From Octopus sinensis (lineage: Eukaryota): DNA of 12,970 bases. Below are positions 9,389 to 12,970 of this stretch, piece after piece (positions within the stretch are counted from its first letter, which is position 1; each line of letters opens with the position of its first letter). The notes beneath the pieces are model-generated. The model was not told the DNA's origin and made no database searches. It saw only the letters and a program-made list of their open reading frames with translations. The DNA is taken from positions 1 to 12,970 of the forward strand of contig NW_021826450.1 of NCBI RefSeq assembly GCF_006345805.1, written 5' to 3'. A program made the translations under genes and the position numbers.

Positions 9389-9528
9389 ACTAGCTCATTT
9401 AAAAAAAATTTTCCTTCGATTTAAAAGCAATACATCTTATAAAAAACCGAAAATAGTTAAGTTATATGTATTTTTTCAATGTCCGAGTTAACTCGTTTAA
9501 ATCCAAATGAGTAAAAGTACATTTAAAA

Positions 9529-9942
9529 TCTTTATATATAAAAGTAAGGTTGTGTGCTGTCTGTCTCCTACGATTTAGATTCCTAACTACTCCCACATTT
9601 TGCGGCGCAGTTTAACCAAAACCGGGTATCTTATAGTCGTGATTCATATACCTTCTGGGTATTAGCGCGCATCTACGATGAGTCTACGACTTAAAAAATA
9701 ATTTACCATCAATTTTTCCCATTTTTAATGCATTTTTGGCATATATAAGGGCATATATAATATAATATAAGGGCATATATAATAAAAATTTATTATTAAA
9801 TCTCAGGACGTAAAAAACTACAGTAACACCCCCCACATTTGTGGTTAGCCATATTGAGATGGCTATTATACTTTACATCTTTAAAAATGCTTATATAGTT
9901 ATTTCCCTTACAAACCCGAGCAACGCCGGGCGATACTGCTAG
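9529..9942 (+). mobile_element. Non-autonomous Helitron, copy 4 (414 bp variant) nested in the piggyBac
   Basis: A|TC start, same 5' ~210 bp and 3' ~60 bp as copy 3, CTAG|T end, no TSD. Different middle at about 9752-9880. Confidence 0.92.
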
Positions 9943-10246
9943 TTCTATAATAAATAAATAAAGGAAACAAGATAAAAAAAACCCACTTTTTTTTGTAATT
10001 AACACAGTGTATATAATTAAAAAAGGAAATTAGAAAATATGCTCTGAAATGAAAGGCCATGTCAAAATAATTGATCCATTCAGGGGTTAAGCTGGTGTTT
10101 GGAACAGAGATTAAGATGGAATTTTGATGGAAGTTTTAATTTAAAACCCTTTTAAACAGGGAGTTGGAATCGTAGAGCCAGGGAGAGTCCCAGGTGGGTT
10201 GGTATAAAAACAGACATAATATCAAAAGACTTGGTATGAAAAGAGA

Positions 10247-10662
10247 CTTTTTTCTCTTTTTCTCTTTTACTCTTTTACTTGTTTCAGTCATTTGAATGCG
10301 GCCATACTGGAGCACAGCCTTTAGTCGAGCAAATCGACCCCGGGACTTATTCTTTGTAAGCCCAGTACTTATTCTATCGGTCTCTTTTGCCGAACCGCTA
10401 AGTAACGGGGACGTAAACACACCAGCATCGGTTGTCAAGCAATGCTAAGGGTACAAACACAGACACACAAACATATACACACACATACATATATATATAT
10501 ACGACGGGCTTCTTTCAGTTTCCGTCTACCAAATCCACTCACAAGGCTTTGGTCGGCCCGAGGCTATAGCAGAAGACACTTGCCCAAGGTGCCACGCCGT
10601 GGGACTGAACCCGGAACCATGTGGTTGGTAAGCAAGCTACTTACCACAGCCACTCCTGCGCC
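10247..10662 (-). mobile_element. SINE family A, full length
   Basis: Highly similar to 7158-7555; 5' end GGCGCAGGAGTGGCTGTGG; tail of GAGTAAAA/GAGAAAAA repeats. No clear TSD seen. Confidence 0.93.
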
Positions 10663-10846
10663 TATTTCTATTAATACTGGGTTCTGAGAATTCTTGTTGT
10701 TTGTTGTTGCTGTACGAACGACATTCCAAAAGTGGCAAATACTCCTGGGAAGCACCTGAACATCAAAATAAACTACATCCACCTACATGAAGTATTGCTT
10801 TGCTTCACGTTTTGTGTCAAGCCGAAAGCATAGGCAAATATGCTTA

Positions 10847-10919
10847 TCTATCAAATCCACTCACAAGGTTTTGTCAGCTCGAGGCTACAGTAGAAGTGGG
10901 GCTGCACTAGGAACCACGC
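10847..10919 (-). mobile_element. Degenerate internal fragment of SINE A
   Basis: CAAATCCACTCACAAGGTTTTG...CGAGGCTACAGTAGAAG matches 10530-10575. Confidence 0.7.
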
Positions 10920-10931
10920 GACTCACAAAAT

Positions 10932-11261
10932 CACACCTACACTCAAGAACCACGCCCACCTTCACACCTACACTCAAGAACCATGTCCTCCACCTTCACA
11001 CCTACACACAAAAACCACGCCCACCTTCACACCTACACTCAAGAACCACACCCACCTTCATACCTACACTCGAGAACCACGCCCACCTTCATACTTACAC
11101 TCAAGAACCACGCCCACCTTGGCACCTACACTCAAGAACCATGCCCACCTTCACACCTACACTCAAGAACCACGCCACCTTCACACCTACACTCAAGAAC
11201 CACGCCCACCTTCACACCTACACTCAATAACCACGCCCACCTTCATACCTACATTCAAGAA
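10932..11261. repeat. 31-bp minisatellite, about 10.6 copies
   Basis: Unit CACACCTACACTCAAGAACCACGCCCACCTT starting at 10932, 10963, 10997, 11028, 11059, 11090, 11121, 11152, 11182, 11213, 11244; a decayed copy near 11370. Confidence 0.95.
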
Positions 11262-11426
11262 ATCACAGTTACATCTATACCCATGAAATCACTCTTGCAC
11301 TCACACTCATAACCACACTCAAGAGTTTCCTCTCACTCAAACCCAAATCCCTGAAAGTCCTTGTACACTCATACCTACACTCGAGATAACGCTCCCACTC
11401 ACACTCTATTTTCTTTGTTCTTCCAG

Positions 11427-11483
11427 ATATATTTCCTGCTCATAGTATGAAAGAAAGGCAAGGTCGCTACATAGAACTACCAG
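11427..11483 (+). CDS. Candidate 57-bp internal coding exon (phase 1-1) of an unidentified host gene
   Basis: Acceptor TATTTTCTTTGTTCTTCCAG| with a CTCAC branch-like motif about 25 nt upstream, donor CAG|GTAAGA. Only one frame is open: xIFPAHSMKERQGRYIELPx. Confidence 0.55.
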
Positions 11484-11604
11484 GTAAGATATTTTCAATC
11501 ATCTATTCCCCTCCTGGGACGCAAAACCTGTCTCAACATTGCAGCCGACACTAGTAAAATTTGGTCAACTTACAGATGCGTAAAAGCGGGTATGCGTGTG
11601 TGGC

Positions 11605-11611
11605 ATATATA

Positions 11612-11656
<45 letters not shown>

Positions 11657-11668
11657 TTATATATATAT

Positions 11669-11720
<52 letters not shown>

Positions 11721-11751
11721 CTATATATATATATATATATTGATATATATA

Positions 11752-11792
<41 letters not shown>
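11605..11792. repeat. (TA)n/(CA)n microsatellite
   Basis: Direct inspection. Confidence 0.98.
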
Positions 11793-11795
<3 letters not shown>

Positions 11796-11963
11796 ACATT
11801 TAGGGATAACATATATGGATAAATTATAATTTAGGGTATCTAAGAGATACCACGACGCTGAAAATAGCAGTCAAAACTTGACTCTACAACCACATTAAAT
11901 GTTCATACAGCACCAGGAGAGAAGGCAAATAGAAAAATAGACTAGCAAAAAATTACTGGATAA

Positions 11964-12019
11964 TTCCAGATCCCGGATTTCTGACTCTGCATAAGAAATA
12001 TTCTGCCTTCATTAGTGAA
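11964..12019 (-). other. Degenerate type I hammerhead-like motif, possibly a Penelope-like terminal repeat relic
   Basis: Minus strand TTCA-CTAATGA-...-GAAA-TCCGGGA-TC-TGGA; core differs from CUGANGA at G5, stem II weak. Confidence 0.35.
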
Positions 12020-12020
12020 A

Positions 12021-12029
12021 CATATATGG

Positions 12030-12066
<37 letters not shown>

Positions 12067-12096
12067 GTGTGTGTGTGTGTGTGTGTGTGTGTAGTG
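12021..12096. repeat. (TA)n(TG)n microsatellite
   Basis: Direct inspection. Confidence 0.95.
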
Positions 12097-12258
12097 TCAC
12101 ACATATTTTCTCTCCTTGTTTTTTCTGTGTCCCTTTCTGTAGAAGAGCGTAGGCTCGAAACGTAAAAGACTTATTCTATTCCTGAGCGTTATACTAATAC
12201 ATCTGTTTGTTTTGTACACCACCTGTCTTCGTCTTTTGTTTTTTTCGTAAACTCTCCC
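12097..12258 (+). mobile_element. Probable Penelope-like terminal repeat fragment with variant hammerhead motif
   Basis: CTTT-CTGTAGA-A-GAGC-GTAG-GCTC-GAAA-C-GTA-AAAG at 12133-12168 has minimal type I hammerhead topology; bounded by microsatellites. Confidence 0.45.
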
Positions 12259-12451
12259 TATACATACACACACACAGAGACACACAAGCATACGCACATA
12301 TACATACATACGTACAAGCATATACATATATATGGATACTTGTAGACAAGTGTACATGTGGCATTTAAGGAGGGATTAGAAGGCACTAAATCATGTGACC
12401 AATATTTGAGTCACTTTCAAATGTCTTTTGCATTTTTATCCACAGCTGGCT

Positions 12452-12524
12452 CATACATACACACACATACACACACGCACACACAAACACACGCACACAC
12501 AAACACACGCACACATATGCACAT

Positions 12525-12557
<33 letters not shown>

Positions 12558-12585
12558 CATATATATATATGTATATATATATATA
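12452..12585. repeat. (CA)n/(TA)n microsatellite
   Basis: Direct inspection. Confidence 0.95.
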
Positions 12586-12906
12586 ATTATGTGGTAAGGT
12601 ACCAGCAAGTAGAATAGCAAACCAAATACAAAAACGATATATATAATACAAAAAAGGACAAGAACGCAAAACATCCGGACAACTAGGTGATACAAAAAGC
12701 GACAACAAACATCCAGATAGCCGATACAAAGAAAACAAGAACGGGTCATTCGAAGCCTTTTATCCTCAGTCAAGAACCGGATCATCCTCGCAATTTCGGC
12801 TGATTAATCTTTAGATTGCTCCAATCTGGCCAGCCCCAAGAAAAAACTAAGCTAAGAGCATTAGATTCGTTGGAAAAAAGCATCGAATGTATACGAAACA
12901 AGGACG

Positions 12907-12970
12907 GAAAAATAGATGATGTTACACAAATATTTTTGTATTTATATTCTTGTAACATCGTCTGTTTTTC
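12907..12970. repeat. Inverted repeat running off the window edge
   Basis: 12907-12926 versus the reverse complement of 12951-12970: 18/20. Confidence 0.75.

Larger units (their letters stand above)
8825..10086 (+). mobile_element. Internally deleted piggyBac transposon
   Basis: TTAA TSDs at 8821-8824 and 10087-10090. 13-bp TIRs GCCCTTAATGGAT and ATCCATTCAGGGG (11/13 complementary). Transposase C-terminus inside. Confidence 0.88.
8745..10215 (+). mobile_element. TTAA-type MITE copy 2, split by the piggyBac insertion
   Basis: Starts TTAA|CCCTTTTGTTAC. The halves 8745-8824 and 10091 onward rejoin colinearly with MITE copy 1. Right end degenerate (TTGGTATAAAAA at 10199 or TTGGTATGAAAAG at 10231). 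Confidence 0.62.

Noticed and set aside
7119-10782. Paralogous ORFs MTTDAGVFTSP..., RQASFSFRLPNPLTR... and ...MVPGSVP..GTLGKCLL
   Set aside because: All lie within SINE A copies; the similarity reflects the repeat, not genes.
10787-11312. Repetitive His/Thr/Pro-rich ORFs
   Set aside because: A 31-bp unit cycles through frames; the lack of stops follows from composition.
11551-12785. IY-, CV- and HT-repeat ORFs
   Set aside because: Translations of (TA)n and (CA)n microsatellites.
12590-12930. Classification of the A-rich terminal region as a specific TE
   Set aside because: Looks repeat-derived, but has no second copy in the window, no termini and no coding motif to support a call.

Overview
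AT-rich, microsatellite-laden eukaryotic non-coding DNA made almost entirely of stacked mobile elements. The tRNA-headed SINE families look to me like those of Octopus (recognition from memory, not a database result). It holds copies of three SINE families, four non-autonomous Helitrons, an internally deleted piggyBac nested in a TTAA-type MITE, a Hero-like LINE relic, two degenerate Penelope-type hammerhead motifs, a 31-bp minisatellite and one good 57-bp candidate host exon (+). Most ORFs in the track are microsatellite or SINE artefacts. The most notable system is an L1/Tx1-type LINE (zf-RVT C-terminus) found three times, in one orientation and always inside a (GATA)n array. Its last ~50 nt match the 3' tail of the internal units of a tetrameric SINE 2-3 kb away (41/47 aligned nt), suggesting a microsatellite-targeting LINE with a partner SINE that may insert into its own head. 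A SINE and a Helitron also have unusually long flanking duplications (166 bp and 65-67 bp). All coordinates and alignments were done by eye.
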